A model generated the notes under the pieces. The model was not told where the DNA came from. It was given only the letters and a program-made list of their open reading frames with translations, and did no database searches. Of a DNA stretch of 39,388 bases, positions 1 through 9,620 are shown piece by piece. The DNA comes from Candidatus Hydrogenedentota bacterium (GTDB taxonomy: Bacteria > Hydrogenedentota > Hydrogenedentia > Hydrogenedentales > SLHB01): positions 1 to 39,388 of the forward strand of contig BTWA01000047.1 of assembly GCA_045863295.1 (NCBI GenBank), in the 5' to 3' direction. Within the stretch, counting starts at the first letter, position 1. Every line of letters begins with the position of its first letter. The position numbers and the translations under genes are program-made.

Positions 1-351
1 CCCGGAGGGTGCCATATCTTTCTGGCCAATGTTTATGACCCATCTGACGGTGAGGGAGACCCCGCCGCGGCAGGTCTCCCGCCATGGGCCGACTTTCCAC
101 GCATTCACGCAGCGTACAACGACGTCATCGCCGGGTGTGCATCGAAGTATGAATTCGTGCATTTGGTCGATATTCACCAACTTTTTCTTGGACACGGAGT
201 TCACTGCATTCAGTTTTGGAAGCCCCATTACCAAAAAGCGGATCCACATTATTGGTATTTCGACAATCTAGAAGATCCGAACGATCGGGGATACGATGCC
301 TTGAGACGGTTATTTCTTCGGGAGATGGCTGCAGTGCTTGCCCCGTCGTGA
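1..351 (+). CDS. SGNH/GDSL-hydrolase-like protein, C-terminal part (5' end outside window)
   Basis: Frame 1 is open from base 1: PGGCHIFLANVYDPSDG...IHAAYNDVIAGCASKYEFVHLVDIHQLFLGHG...EDPNDRGYDALRRLF, stop TGA 349-351. Resembles SGNH C-terminal blocks (LVDI...xPNxxGY). Confidence 0.6.
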   Translation, partial: PGGCHIFLANVYDPSDGEGDPAAAGLPPWADFPRIHAAYNDVIAGCASKYEFVHLVDIHQLFLGHGVHCIQFWKPHYQKADPHYWYFDNLEDPNDRGYDALRRLFLREMAAVLAPS

Positions 352-553
352 CAGTCAGTCCGGCATTTTCAATACGGCTAAAACCTTCTCAGACGACAGA
401 GTACATGGTCAGTAGTGAAATGTTCTTGCATAGAAAAGAGTCGGATTTATATGCAGCGGATATTTCACAGGCGCTTTGTCCAAGCATCGCCTCGGACGGT
501 ATTCAACCGAAAATCCAAGTGGGTGTTTGGATCTGGTCGCCAAGGTATCTAGG

Positions 554-2395
554 CTATCCGGCGGAACATACCAGTAGGCGCATGCGCGTGGGTGGAATAC
601 TCAGTTCTTCTGGGACTAAGTCAATTGGAAGACCTGATTCGGGATCCCACCATTGACGACTGCCCGGCGCACTGACTTCGAGCGTCCCCGCAATCGTCTC
701 GCGCCCTTCGTTGGAAAAGAGATAGACGTGCAAGCCGTCAAGCCGTAGGTGTTGATAGCGAAGATGGGGCGTTGACGGCGACACCCGTATATCCACAGGA
801 GTCAAGGCATCCAGTTTCTCCAGGAGTTCCTCTTCGCTGACGGCCACGTCTATGTGCTCGCTTACCGCATCTTGGAAGGCCACAACCCGGCCGGATTCGA
901 CCAAAGGCTTCAGCAGGTCAGCGCTTTCGGCATCCAGGTATTCCGCGCCATCGATAACAATGACCTTGTAATCCATCGCGCCGATTCGAAATCCGTCGGC
1001 GCCCAGATAGACGTGTTTGCGTAGCATATGCTTGTCGAGATAAAGAAAGTCGCGCTGGTGTTCAAACAGGACCTTTGCCGCGCGCCAGGGAAGTCTGTTC
1101 TCCAATCCAAGTATCGCGATGTGGCACTCGGGTGTTCCTTCGCCGTTAACCCAACACAGACGGCGCACATAATCGGCATAGTGTTTGTATCGATCCCACC
1201 AAATATTGTTGGGACCGACGTCGGGTGGTCGTTCGTCACGTCGCTGCTCACGGATGGAATAGTAAAACGCATGCGGATATATGAGATTGACGCCGCGCAC
1301 CAGCAGCCAATTGGTGACCCACCACATCTCGTCTTCGGTGAATTCCCATCCATACGCGCCAAAGCACTCGTTGGAATTGCGGGCGCGACCATAATGATGC
1401 TGTGCGGACGCACTGCATTTGCCCTGAGTAGACTGAGGACCTTCCAGCGCATTCGATTTATAGGGTTCAATGTAACGCCAGACAATGTCCTGCCCGGGTA
1501 TGTGAAAATAGCGCAGGAGGCCGATTTCATCGGGTTGTGCGGGGTGACCGGTCAGCGCGACACCGTGTTGCTCGCACCATTCGCTGTAAGGGCCATAATA
1601 CGTTTCCCGTAGGCGAGCTTGAATGGCACTCCGAAAAACGCCCAGAACGGTGTCATGACGTGGGTGGTCCTCATCAAACAGCGCAGGCAGGTACTTCTCC
1701 GGTTCCGATTGATAGAACGGTTGTAGGTAGTGCTCGAAGTCCCAGGTCCAAGGAAATGCATCCTTGATATGGCCGCGCCCCATTACGTCGGGCTCGTCGG
1801 TGAATACACCGATGATGGTGGTTCCAAAATGCTCCTTCATGGACTCGTAGTAGGGGTCAAGACCCAAACGAAAAAAGGCGGCGGTGGAATCCGGATTGAG
1901 AAGATCCGCCGAAGGCGGTGCGCCCGGTTCTCCGTCATCAGTCCCGAAATGGATACCTCGGATATGGCCCATGGATCGTGTGTTTATGTACGTGTACTTC
2001 TCATCTTCGCATACTCGAAATTCGTCGGCCCCGAGGACCGCCGGTTTGCCACGGCGGACAAGGGCGCGTGTCGCAAATCGGGGATTCTCCGCAACGACGC
2101 GACCGTGACACGAACCAGAGGGATACATCCCTTCGTCATAAAGCACAACACGCATTGATTTGGAGGCCGAGTGCTCCACAATCACCTTGATAAAATGGAT
2201 CCAGCGCTCCGACATATACGGAATCGATTCCGGTACCCCAATGCGCGCATGCGGGACAATGCCATACACGCCATGATCGTGGAAATCGTTGATTTGGCGG
2301 CGAAGTTCGTCTTCCTCAAGCGCATCGTTGAGAAACCAAAATGGCATTAGACTGTAAGCGTGATCGGGATTGAAAAACGTTTCGGCAAAACTCAT
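554..2395 (-). CDS. Glycoside hydrolase, GH106 (alpha-L-rhamnosidase)-like
   Basis: PFWFLND...LRRQI...GIVPHARIG...YMSERW...LYDEGMYPSGS; IIGVFTDEP; NECFGAYGW; GVNLIYPHAFYYS. ATG 2395 is preceded by AAGGAAG (ORF track starts at 2419). Confidence 0.7.
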   Translation of the reverse strand: MSFAETFFNPDHAYSLMPFWFLNDALEEDELRRQINDFHDHGVYGIVPHARIGVPESIPYMSERWIHFIKVIVEHSASKSMRVVLYDEGMYPSGSCHGRVVAENPRFATRALVRRGKPAVLGADEFRVCEDEKYTYINTRSMGHIRGIHFGTDDGEPGAPPSADLLNPDSTAAFFRLGLDPYYESMKEHFGTTIIGVFTDEPDVMGRGHIKDAFPWTWDFEHYLQPFYQSEPEKYLPALFDEDHPRHDTVLGVFRSAIQARLRETYYGPYSEWCEQHGVALTGHPAQPDEIGLLRYFHIPGQDIVWRYIEPYKSNALEGPQSTQGKCSASAQHHYGRARNSNECFGAYGWEFTEDEMWWVTNWLLVRGVNLIYPHAFYYSIREQRRDERPPDVGPNNIWWDRYKHYADYVRRLCWVNGEGTPECHIAILGLENRLPWRAAKVLFEHQRDFLYLDKHMLRKHVYLGADGFRIGAMDYKVIVIDGAEYLDAESADLLKPLVESGRVVAFQDAVSEHIDVAVSEEELLEKLDALTPVDIRVSPSTPHLRYQHLRLDGLHVYLFSNEGRETIAGTLEVSAPGSRQWWDPESGLPIDLVPEELSIPPTRMRLLVCSAG

Positions 2396-2504
2396 GGAAA
2401 TCTTCCTTGTTCCGGACAATTCCGGAGGCTCGGAATAATGGACACGTCGATATCATGATCGCACTGTGTACCGGAAATTCGCAATATCACGATACCGGAC
2501 CTGA

Positions 2505-2963
2505 TCAGCGAATGCACAGCCCCGTCGCAAAATCGCGGTGAAATCCAGCGCTGCGCAAGGCCCGAATAGACGCCACGTTTTCCTCGTCCGGATCAGCTAC
2601 CACCCGGCACGGTCCGTGCCGTTGTTGGATGGTCTCGTACAGAGAGGTCAGCATCGCCTTACCGTACCCTTGCCGGAGCGCTTCAGTGCTACCGACTAGA
2701 AAGTCAATGCCATACGTGTGAGGGGGCTGGTGGCTCCACGGCCCGGGAGGAGCTTTAGCGACATCGTAGTACTGTACGAATCCGATGGGTGTGCCGTTTG
2801 CATCCACCCTGAAGTGCCAAATCCAGTCACTGTGAAGATTCGACGCAATTTCCGTAAGCCAATCGGATTTCGCGCCAAACCAGCGCGCCACGTGCGGCTG
2901 GACAAGCCACGACTCGATCAACGGAAGATCGTGTTCCTGTACTGGTAGCAATTCAATACCCAT
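2505..2963 (-). CDS. GNAT N-acetyltransferase, AAC(6')-Ib/siderophore-acyltransferase-like
   Basis: WLVQPHVARWF, PIGFVQYYD, YGIDFLVG...QGYGK, VVADPDEENVASIRALRSAGF. Confidence 0.8.
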   Translation of the reverse strand: MGIELLPVQEHDLPLIESWLVQPHVARWFGAKSDWLTEIASNLHSDWIWHFRVDANGTPIGFVQYYDVAKAPPGPWSHQPPHTYGIDFLVGSTEALRQGYGKAMLTSLYETIQQRHGPCRVVADPDEENVASIRALRSAGFHRDFATGLCIR

Positions 2964-2969
2964 TTCACG

Positions 2970-3302
2970 TTACTTCTCATTCATGAACTCGCCAGATAAT
3001 GCGGCTGGCAATACTGTCTTGTGTGCTTGGGCGGCTTTCAACATGTACATTAATCGTGCGTATCTCCGCCAGCCTACTATGGTCACCAATGCCGCCAGCA
3101 AGATCAACAGAAAGCCAAGTGCATCCAGCCAGTGCGAGTCAAAAAACTTAATGGCGGAACCACCGGTTATCACCATCGCGATCGACGTTCGCCAGTAGGC
3201 AAGCAGCGTGCGCTCGTTCGCCAACACCGTTCGATCGATTGCCAGATGGTCGTTCAGCGTCAAATCGCGGTCTCGGAACCGCGCATAAGGATTGCTCTGC
3301 AT
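2970..3302 (-). CDS. DUF202 (YidH-like) small membrane protein
   Basis: DHLAIDRTVLANERTLLAYWRTS signature followed by two TM helices; GGAGA RBS upstream of ATG 3302. Confidence 0.85.
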   Translation of the reverse strand: MQSNPYARFRDRDLTLNDHLAIDRTVLANERTLLAYWRTSIAMVITGGSAIKFFDSHWLDALGFLLILLAALVTIVGWRRYARLMYMLKAAQAHKTVLPAALSGEFMNEK

Positions 3303-3431
3303 GCCCATTCTCCGCCGTTTGCATGGAAACACCAGAGTATATCAAGCGCAAGGCGCCGCCAAGTAGTCCACGGAGATGTATCGAGCCGGTACACTCGGGC
3401 ATAATGAAATGACTACTATCGGGAGTGTGGA

Positions 3432-5153
3432 ATGAAAAGCAGGGGATGCTTGTACCGGCTTGTCCAGGGTAGCGTAGCCATGCTTCTACTCATGGCGTTG
3501 CTTGTCTGGGGAGTGTGGTTGTTTCCATTCTGGGGGATGCCTTTCAACGCGACCAGACATACGCGGGTTCCCATTACGCCGTCGTGGGCGCTAGAACCGT
3601 GGCTTTGGGAAGATGACGTCAACACGGCGGAGGAAGTGTCCCGGCTCCTTCAGGGATATAGGCAGCACGATATTCCTGTAACTACAATTCTGATAGACAG
3701 TCCCTGGAGCACACGGTACAACGATTTCATCGTGGACGAATCCCGATATCCCAATCCCGAGCAGTTCTTCACCGGCCTGCAAGACAAAGGATACAGGGTC
3801 GTTCTGTGGATGACGTGTATGGTGGATAGTTATAGCAAGGATACCGCTATTAAAGAATCACAAGACTGGTTCAATGAAGCAAAGTCAAATGGGTATCTCG
3901 CAGGCAATGGTTTTGAAACCGGTTGGTGGAAAGGCAAGGGAGGATTCATCGACTATACCAATCCACAGGCCATGGAGTGGTGGCGCGGCCTCCAAAAGGA
4001 TGTCCTCGACTGGGGAATTGACGGTTGGAAACTGGACGGCACCGCCACATTTTTCAGCTCGCGCATCGGAAACCTTCCTGTGCCGTATCAAAAAACCCAT
4101 AAGGGCTGGATGTCCACCCGCGGCTATATGGACCACTACTACCGGGACGAGTATCAGCACGGGTTATCCCTCAATCCCGAGTTCATTACTCTCGCCCGCT
4201 CCCTTGACGGGGCGGGGCATCCGGAAGGCTTCGCGCCTTTCGATGCGGCCCCGGTGACTTGGGTGGGCGATCAAGACCATGCGTGGACACTGAAAGAAGA
4301 AGGAATCGAAGAGGCTCTCACGCATATTCTGGATAGCGCGCGACTCGGCTACGGCGTGATTGGCTCGGACATCGCGGGGTATTCCGGTGGCGAGATTCCG
4401 GCGGAGTTATACATCCGGTGGGCTCAATTCTCCACATTCTGCGGCCTGTTTTTGAATGGTGGACATGGCAATCGCGCACTTTGGGAGCGTAGCGAAGAAG
4501 AACTGACTATCGTGCGTCAATTCACATGGCTGCATTCGGAACTGGTTCCATACATTTACTCGCACATCGTTGCACAGCATGAGGGAGGTCCCACCCTGAT
4601 GCAGCCACAGCCCGGCAAGTATCAGTACCTGTTTGGACGAGACCTCTTTGTTGCACCCATTTTCGAACCATCACCGACCCGAACCGTCGAATTGCCTGCC
4701 GGCCAGTGGCGTTACTTTTTTGATGACGCGGAATTAATCCAAGGCCCGCTCACGGTTACCAGAGACTACCCGTGGCACGAATTCCCGGTATTTGTGAGGG
4801 AAGGGGCCGCAATCCCACTAAATGTCCGGCGAAAATACACCGGCCTGGGAGACGAGTCGTCAGAAGGGCACATTACACTGCTGCTCTACCCGGGAGCTCC
4901 GTCAGAGACCCGGGTCATCGATCCCGCCACGGAGAAGGAATTTGTGGTCAAACTGGAAAAAAGTGAAAATATAACCGTTACATTGGAAGGCGAAGTTCCT
5001 CCACATATCCTGCGTATCCACGCCGAAAATGCGCCGTCATCAATAGCCTTGGACGGTGCCCAAGTAACGGAATGGGCCTTTGATCAAGCGGCGAATGCTC
5101 TAATTCTGAAAAGCGCAGCCATTCAGGGTGGCAAATACGAGATCGTTCCATAA
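3432..5153 (+). CDS. Glycoside hydrolase family 31 with N-terminal membrane anchor
   Basis: IPVTTILIDSPW, GIDGWKLDG (nucleophile), WVGDQ (acid/base), GSDIAGY, ELYIRWAQFS, QYLFGRDLFVAPIF, FPVFVREGA. Confidence 0.9.
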   Translation: MKSRGCLYRLVQGSVAMLLLMALLVWGVWLFPFWGMPFNATRHTRVPITPSWALEPWLWEDDVNTAEEVSRLLQGYRQHDIPVTTILIDSPWSTRYNDFIVDESRYPNPEQFFTGLQDKGYRVVLWMTCMVDSYSKDTAIKESQDWFNEAKSNGYLAGNGFETGWWKGKGGFIDYTNPQAMEWWRGLQKDVLDWGIDGWKLDGTATFFSSRIGNLPVPYQKTHKGWMSTRGYMDHYYRDEYQHGLSLNPEFITLARSLDGAGHPEGFAPFDAAPVTWVGDQDHAWTLKEEGIEEALTHILDSARLGYGVIGSDIAGYSGGEIPAELYIRWAQFSTFCGLFLNGGHGNRALWERSEEELTIVRQFTWLHSELVPYIYSHIVAQHEGGPTLMQPQPGKYQYLFGRDLFVAPIFEPSPTRTVELPAGQWRYFFDDAELIQGPLTVTRDYPWHEFPVFVREGAAIPLNVRRKYTGLGDESSEGHITLLLYPGAPSETRVIDPATEKEFVVKLEKSENITVTLEGEVPPHILRIHAENAPSSIALDGAQVTEWAFDQAANALILKSAAIQGGKYEIVP

Positions 5154-5253
5154 CTCCAATTATGCGAGTGATTTCCGGTTATGGAGGGATCCTCGAAATC
5201 GACATCGCCCTGCTGGGTGTGCTACCCTGTCCTGATCTTTTTGAGGTAGTTTT

Positions 5254-6087
5254 ATGCAGGGTTTGAAGAAACTGATTCAAGATGCGCTTGACGAGGACAT
5301 CGGTCAGGGCGACATCACGACCAACGCTACCGTGCCGCCGGGAGCAACTTGCAAGGCGCGCCTGATCGCGAAACAGCCGGGAGTATTGAGCGGCATCGAC
5401 GTATTTCGGATGGTGTTCGATACACTGGATGCCCGCGTATCCGATTGGCATGCCATGGAAAACGGTACCGCATTTGGTAGTGGTGACGACCTCGCCGCTT
5501 TTATCGCGGATACCCGTTCCGTATTAACCGGCGAGCGCGTAGCACTCAATTTCGTGCAACACCTCTCCGGCATCGCGACGGCAACGGCACTTTTCGTTGA
5601 ACAAGTACAAGACTTGGATACAAAGGTGTGCGATACGAGAAAGACAACGCCTCTGCTGCGAAGGCTAGAAAAACTCGCTGTTCTCCACGGGGGCGGCGCG
5701 AATCACCGCTATGCGCTGTTTGATGGAGTCCTGATCAAAGACAACCACATAGTCGCGTCGGGTACCGTCATGAACGCCGTTGCAAAAGCGAGGAACGGAA
5801 CGCACCATTTAATGAAAATTGGCGTGGAAGTCACTGATCTATCTGAACTGGATGAAGCCATAGCGGCCGGGGCCGATGCCATACTCCTGGACAATATGGA
5901 CTTGGAAACCATGCGAAAGGCCGTGGAAAGAACGAGCGGCCTCAATGTCGTGCTGGAGGCCAGCGGCAACGTGACTCTGGACCGCGTTCGTGAAATTGCC
6001 GAAACAGGCGTACACATCATCTCCGTGGGCGCGTTAACCCATTCCGCGCCCGCAGTGGACATATCTCTTGAAATTGTCAACGCTTGA
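5254..6087 (+). CDS. nadC: Nicotinate-nucleotide diphosphorylase (carboxylating)
   Basis: ALDEDIGQGDITT, ERVALNF, DTRKTTP, NHRYALFDGVLIKDNH, ILLDNM, EASGNVT, SVGALTHSAPAVDISL. Confidence 0.97.
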   Translation: MQGLKKLIQDALDEDIGQGDITTNATVPPGATCKARLIAKQPGVLSGIDVFRMVFDTLDARVSDWHAMENGTAFGSGDDLAAFIADTRSVLTGERVALNFVQHLSGIATATALFVEQVQDLDTKVCDTRKTTPLLRRLEKLAVLHGGGANHRYALFDGVLIKDNHIVASGTVMNAVAKARNGTHHLMKIGVEVTDLSELDEAIAAGADAILLDNMDLETMRKAVERTSGLNVVLEASGNVTLDRVREIAETGVHIISVGALTHSAPAVDISLEIVNA

Positions 6088-6817
6088 CAGCCGGACCGCC
6101 GAACTCACTCCAACCCCGCTTTCAACCCAGATCGTCGGGAATCGGGTGCACGTCTACGAAACCGTCGATTCCACAAACGCGCGTGCGTTGGCGGTAGGGG
6201 GCGATGGCACCGTCGTGCTCGCGGATCAACAGTCGGCAGGCCGTGGCAGGCACGGCCGAACTTGGCATAGTGCTCCGGGTTTGGGTCTTTGGTTCAGCGT
6301 CGTGTTCGAGCAGCCGGTCCCGGGTTTGGCCTTTGCCGGTCCATTGGCCGTGCGAGACGCGCTGAGGTCGGATTGTCTACTTAAGCTAAAATGGCCAAAC
6401 GACTTATTGCTGAACGGGCGCAAGGTCTGCGGTATTCTTGTGGAGCATCGACGCAAACGGTCGGTCGTCGGGGTGGGCCTTAATGTGCGCCATCGTTCCG
6501 AGGATTTTCCCGAGAATCTTCGAGGGAAAGCAATCTCGCTTGAAGTCGGTCTACAACGCCCGTTCGACCGAGGCGACTTGATCCGCCGGATTTTGACCGA
6601 ACTCGATAAGCGAGTTATGCTCTTACGGGAAGGTCACTTGGAAGCGTTCCGCAGGGAGTGGGCATCGGCATGCGCGATCCGGGGGTGCCGGGTTCGCGCG
6701 GGGTCCATCGTGGGCGTCGTGCGTGAAATCGACGACGAGGGAGGACTGCTGGTGGAATCCGCGGGTGCAACGCACCGGATCCTATTCGGCGACATCATCG
6801 AACTGTCTGAGGAATAA
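6068..6817 (+). CDS. birA: Biotin-[acetyl-CoA-carboxylase] ligase without N-terminal HTH
   Basis: DSTN, QSAGRGRHGRTWHS, LKWPND, KVCGILVE, GVGLNV; start overlaps the nadC end, exact start uncertain. Confidence 0.93.
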   Translation: MKLSTLDSRTAELTPTPLSTQIVGNRVHVYETVDSTNARALAVGGDGTVVLADQQSAGRGRHGRTWHSAPGLGLWFSVVFEQPVPGLAFAGPLAVRDALRSDCLLKLKWPNDLLLNGRKVCGILVEHRRKRSVVGVGLNVRHRSEDFPENLRGKAISLEVGLQRPFDRGDLIRRILTELDKRVMLLREGHLEAFRREWASACAIRGCRVRAGSIVGVVREIDDEGGLLVESAGATHRILFGDIIELSEE

Positions 6818-6819
6818 TC

Positions 6820-7596
6820 ATGCTTTTGGTGATGGATGTTGGCAATTCCCACACCGTGCTCGGCCTGTACGAAGGCGACGCGGCGGTTGCCCATTGGCGG
6901 CTGGTTACCAGCCATGCACGTACATCAGACGAAATGCGGATCCTGCTTCTCATGTTGTTTCAACAAGATGGGCTTGATCCCAGATCGGTCACCGGCTGCT
7001 GCGTTTCAAGCGTTGTACCCCAAGTGAACGGAGCGATGCAGACCGCCTGCGAACAAAGTTTTGGCGTGAAGCCACTGTTTGTCGGCCCTGGGGTCCGCAC
7101 CGGACTCGTAATTCAGGTGGAGAATCCGAAGGAAGTAGGGGCCGATCGCATTGTGAATGCCGTCGCAGCGACAAACGACTACCAAGGACCGCTCATTGTG
7201 GTCGATTTTGGTACAGCCACCACCTTTGATGCCATTTCGGGGGCCGGTGAGTACAAAGGGGGAGTAATCGTGCCTGGAATTCAAATTTCCGCCGATGCCC
7301 TGTCAGAAAAATGCGCCAAATTGCCTCGCGTGGAGATTATACGACCGGAACACGTCATCGGCCGCGACACAGTTTCGCACATTCGTTCAGGTATTACCTA
7401 TGGATATGCAGATCTGGTTGATGGGTTGATCGCCCGGATGAGTCAGGAGATGGGGGCCAAGCCCACAACAATTGCCACAGGCGGTTTTGCCGAGCTGATT
7501 TCCAGCATCGCAAGCCGAATCGACCATGTGGATCCGTATTTGACCCTTAAGGGATTAAGACTCATCTTTTACAAGAATGAAAAGGTTTCAGTGTGA
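6820..7596 (+). CDS. coaX: Type III pantothenate kinase
   Basis: MLLVMDVGNSHTVLG, SSVVP, NPKEVGADRIVN, VVDFGTATTFD, IATGG. Confidence 0.97.
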   Translation: MLLVMDVGNSHTVLGLYEGDAAVAHWRLVTSHARTSDEMRILLLMLFQQDGLDPRSVTGCCVSSVVPQVNGAMQTACEQSFGVKPLFVGPGVRTGLVIQVENPKEVGADRIVNAVAATNDYQGPLIVVDFGTATTFDAISGAGEYKGGVIVPGIQISADALSEKCAKLPRVEIIRPEHVIGRDTVSHIRSGITYGYADLVDGLIARMSQEMGAKPTTIATGGFAELISSIASRIDHVDPYLTLKGLRLIFYKNEKVSV

Positions 7597-9620
7597 AATA
7601 TTTGTTACTTTTTGGGGTGTGCCTGACGGGCTTTCTGGGCTGTACACCCGATCCCGTGAAAAGTACACCGCCTGCCGCAAACTCCGAGCCGGAACCGGAG
7701 ACGACCGTCACGCCGGCACCTGCCAGTACGCAACCGGCTGGAGAAGTGCAGATGCGCGGCACCGGCCAGATGTTCCGTTTCTACGAGAGCGACGCAGACC
7801 GGTCAGAAGGAGAACGGCCCAGTTTTGAGATTACTGCACCGTCCTTTGTCATGCAAGATGATGTCGTGATTTTCGAAAATGCAGAGGCTACGGTTTACGC
7901 CGAAGGTTCTCCCTCGGCAGTGTTTAAGGCGAGCGAGGCTATTTTGAATCAAGGCGAAGAGGTCGCCACGTTGAAAGGAACGGTGGAGGTCGAGATGGAC
8001 GGCCAGAAACTCGCCATGGAATCGATGGAGTGGAAGAATGCTGACCGAACGGCAACCTCCGAAGGGACTATCACCTATTCTCGAGGAGAGACCTTACTAA
8101 ATGCCCAGGGAATGACGTACTCGCGCGACAGCGAGCGGCTGGAACTGAAAAACGTAACCGGAACAGTGCGAATCAAGGAGGGTGAAACGGTGCAACAGAG
8201 CCGTAGGAAATCGGGACTGATTTCCGCTTTTACAACCGCCTTGTTGAGTCTTTTCAGCCTCGTGGGGACTGCTCATGCCCAAACGCAGGCGACAGCGTTT
8301 ACCTACCTGGACATCGTCGAGCCAGCGGCAAAGGTTATCTTCAAAGGCGGCCGCCTCGAAAGCATTGACGGCGACGCAGCACCCATACAGATAAGATTGC
8401 GGGGCGAGGATGAGTCGGTACAGCCCATGAGCTTGAAGGCGGTGACCTTTGGCATGGGGTGGCCAGAGAGCGGATCGACGTCGCAACCTTCGTTTATTAC
8501 GCTCGACAAAAGCGTGGAAGTGGATAGTGCGCAAGGGCTGATCGCTTCCAGCCGCGCCAGACTCGATTTTGCGGCAAACACCCTGACGTTTACCGATGGC
8601 GTATCGGGATCAACACCGGAGATTAACCAATTCACCGCGGACAAGATTGTGTACGACTTGGAGAGCGGCGATGCGGAAATGAGCAACCTCAAGGCAACCG
8701 GTGTACCCATGGCGTCTGATGGCGGAGGTTTCTCCACCATGGACATCAACCGCGCCGGGACTGTAGCGTTCACGGGAGGTTCCGTCAAGCAAATGTCGGG
8801 TGGGGTCAGTATCGGGCTGGCAGGCGATGACGGCCGATTCGATTTAAGCGCCTCCACGGTGACTTTTGCCTGGTCAGGAAAAGGAGAAGGCGCAAAACCG
8901 TCCGCGGTGAACATGAGCGGCAGTGTGAACGTAAAAAGTCCGGACGGACTCATCAAATCGAGCAAAGCGACAATGGACTTGAAGGCCAAGTCCATCGTGT
9001 TCACCGACAAAGTCAGCGGAAGTACGGAACAAATAAAGGAATTCGCCTGCGACAAGATGACATATGGCCTTGAAACCGGCGATACGGACATGGAGAATTT
9101 TACCGCAAAGAATCTACCGATCGAGTCGAGCGGCGAAAAAAAAAACACTTACAAGTCCATGGATGTGAACAAGGCGCCTCAAGTCGCCTTGCGTAAAGGT
9201 CAGCTGGATGCAATGACGGGGGGAGTCGAAATCTCCCTTGTACCGGTTGATGAGAGTGCATCGCCGGTACTAATGAGCGGGGACAAGTTGACCTTTGTAT
9301 TCGCGGAAGGTAAGACTTCTCCGGATACCGCCATTCTCACCGGCAATTCAAAAGTGGATATGGGTGAACGATGGATGAGTTCGGATAGCGCCGAGTTCGA
9401 TCTTGCCGAAGGTAAAATATCGTTCAAGGGGAAAGTCTCGGGCAACCTGGCCGGCGTCAACAGCGTGGCGGGTTCGCTTGTCGTCTACGACCTCAACACA
9501 AACAATCTGCAAATCCGCAACGCGGATATCGAAGAATTGCCGCGTCGCGGCCGTGAAGCCTCCGATGAGTCTCCGCCGCCGGGCGGCGCAGAGCCCCCCG
9601 CGTCGGGAGATCAACCGTGA
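7593..9620 (+). CDS. LPS-transport periplasmic beta-jellyroll protein(s): LptC-like lipoprotein module (7593-8189) in frame with a triple LptA/OstA-like unit (8190-9620)
   Basis: Directly upstream of and overlapping lptB. Lipobox FLG-C; beta-strand pattern typical of LptC/LptA ([42 protein letters not shown]). Internal RBS, GTG and signal peptide at 8190; three ~140-aa repeats. Confidence 0.75.
   Translation: MKYLLLFGVCLTGFLGCTPDPVKSTPPAANSEPEPETTVTPAPASTQPAGEVQMRGTGQMFRFYESDADRSEGERPSFEITAPSFVMQDDVVIFENAEATVYAEGSPSAVFKASEAILNQGEEVATLKGTVEVEMDGQKLAMESMEWKNADRTATSEGTITYSRGETLLNAQGMTYSRDSERLELKNVTGTVRIKEGETVQQSRRKSGLISAFTTALLSLFSLVGTAHAQTQATAFTYLDIVEPAAKVIFKGGRLESIDGDAAPIQIRLRGEDESVQPMSLKAVTFGMGWPESGSTSQPSFITLDKSVEVDSAQGLIASSRARLDFAANTLTFTDGVSGSTPEINQFTADKIVYDLESGDAEMSNLKATGVPMASDGGGFSTMDINRAGTVAFTGGSVKQMSGGVSIGLAGDDGRFDLSASTVTFAWSGKGEGAKPSAVNMSGSVNVKSPDGLIKSSKATMDLKAKSIVFTDKVSGSTEQIKEFACDKMTYGLETGDTDMENFTAKNLPIESSGEKKNTYKSMDVNKAPQVALRKGQLDAMTGGVEISLVPVDESASPVLMSGDKLTFVFAEGKTSPDTAILTGNSKVDMGERWMSSDSAEFDLAEGKISFKGKVSGNLAGVNSVAGSLVVYDLNTNNLQIRNADIEELPRRGREASDESPPPGGAEPPASGDQP
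8298..9545 (+). repeat. Three tandem ~140-aa protein repeats starting at ~8298, ~8730 and ~9150
   Basis: [46 protein letters not shown] / [46 protein letters not shown] / [46 protein letters not shown]. Confidence 0.85.

Noticed and set aside
2420..3400. GNAT plus DUF202 as integron cassettes
   Set aside because: No attC-like RYYYAAC...GTTRRRY palindromes; the genes are only 6 nt apart
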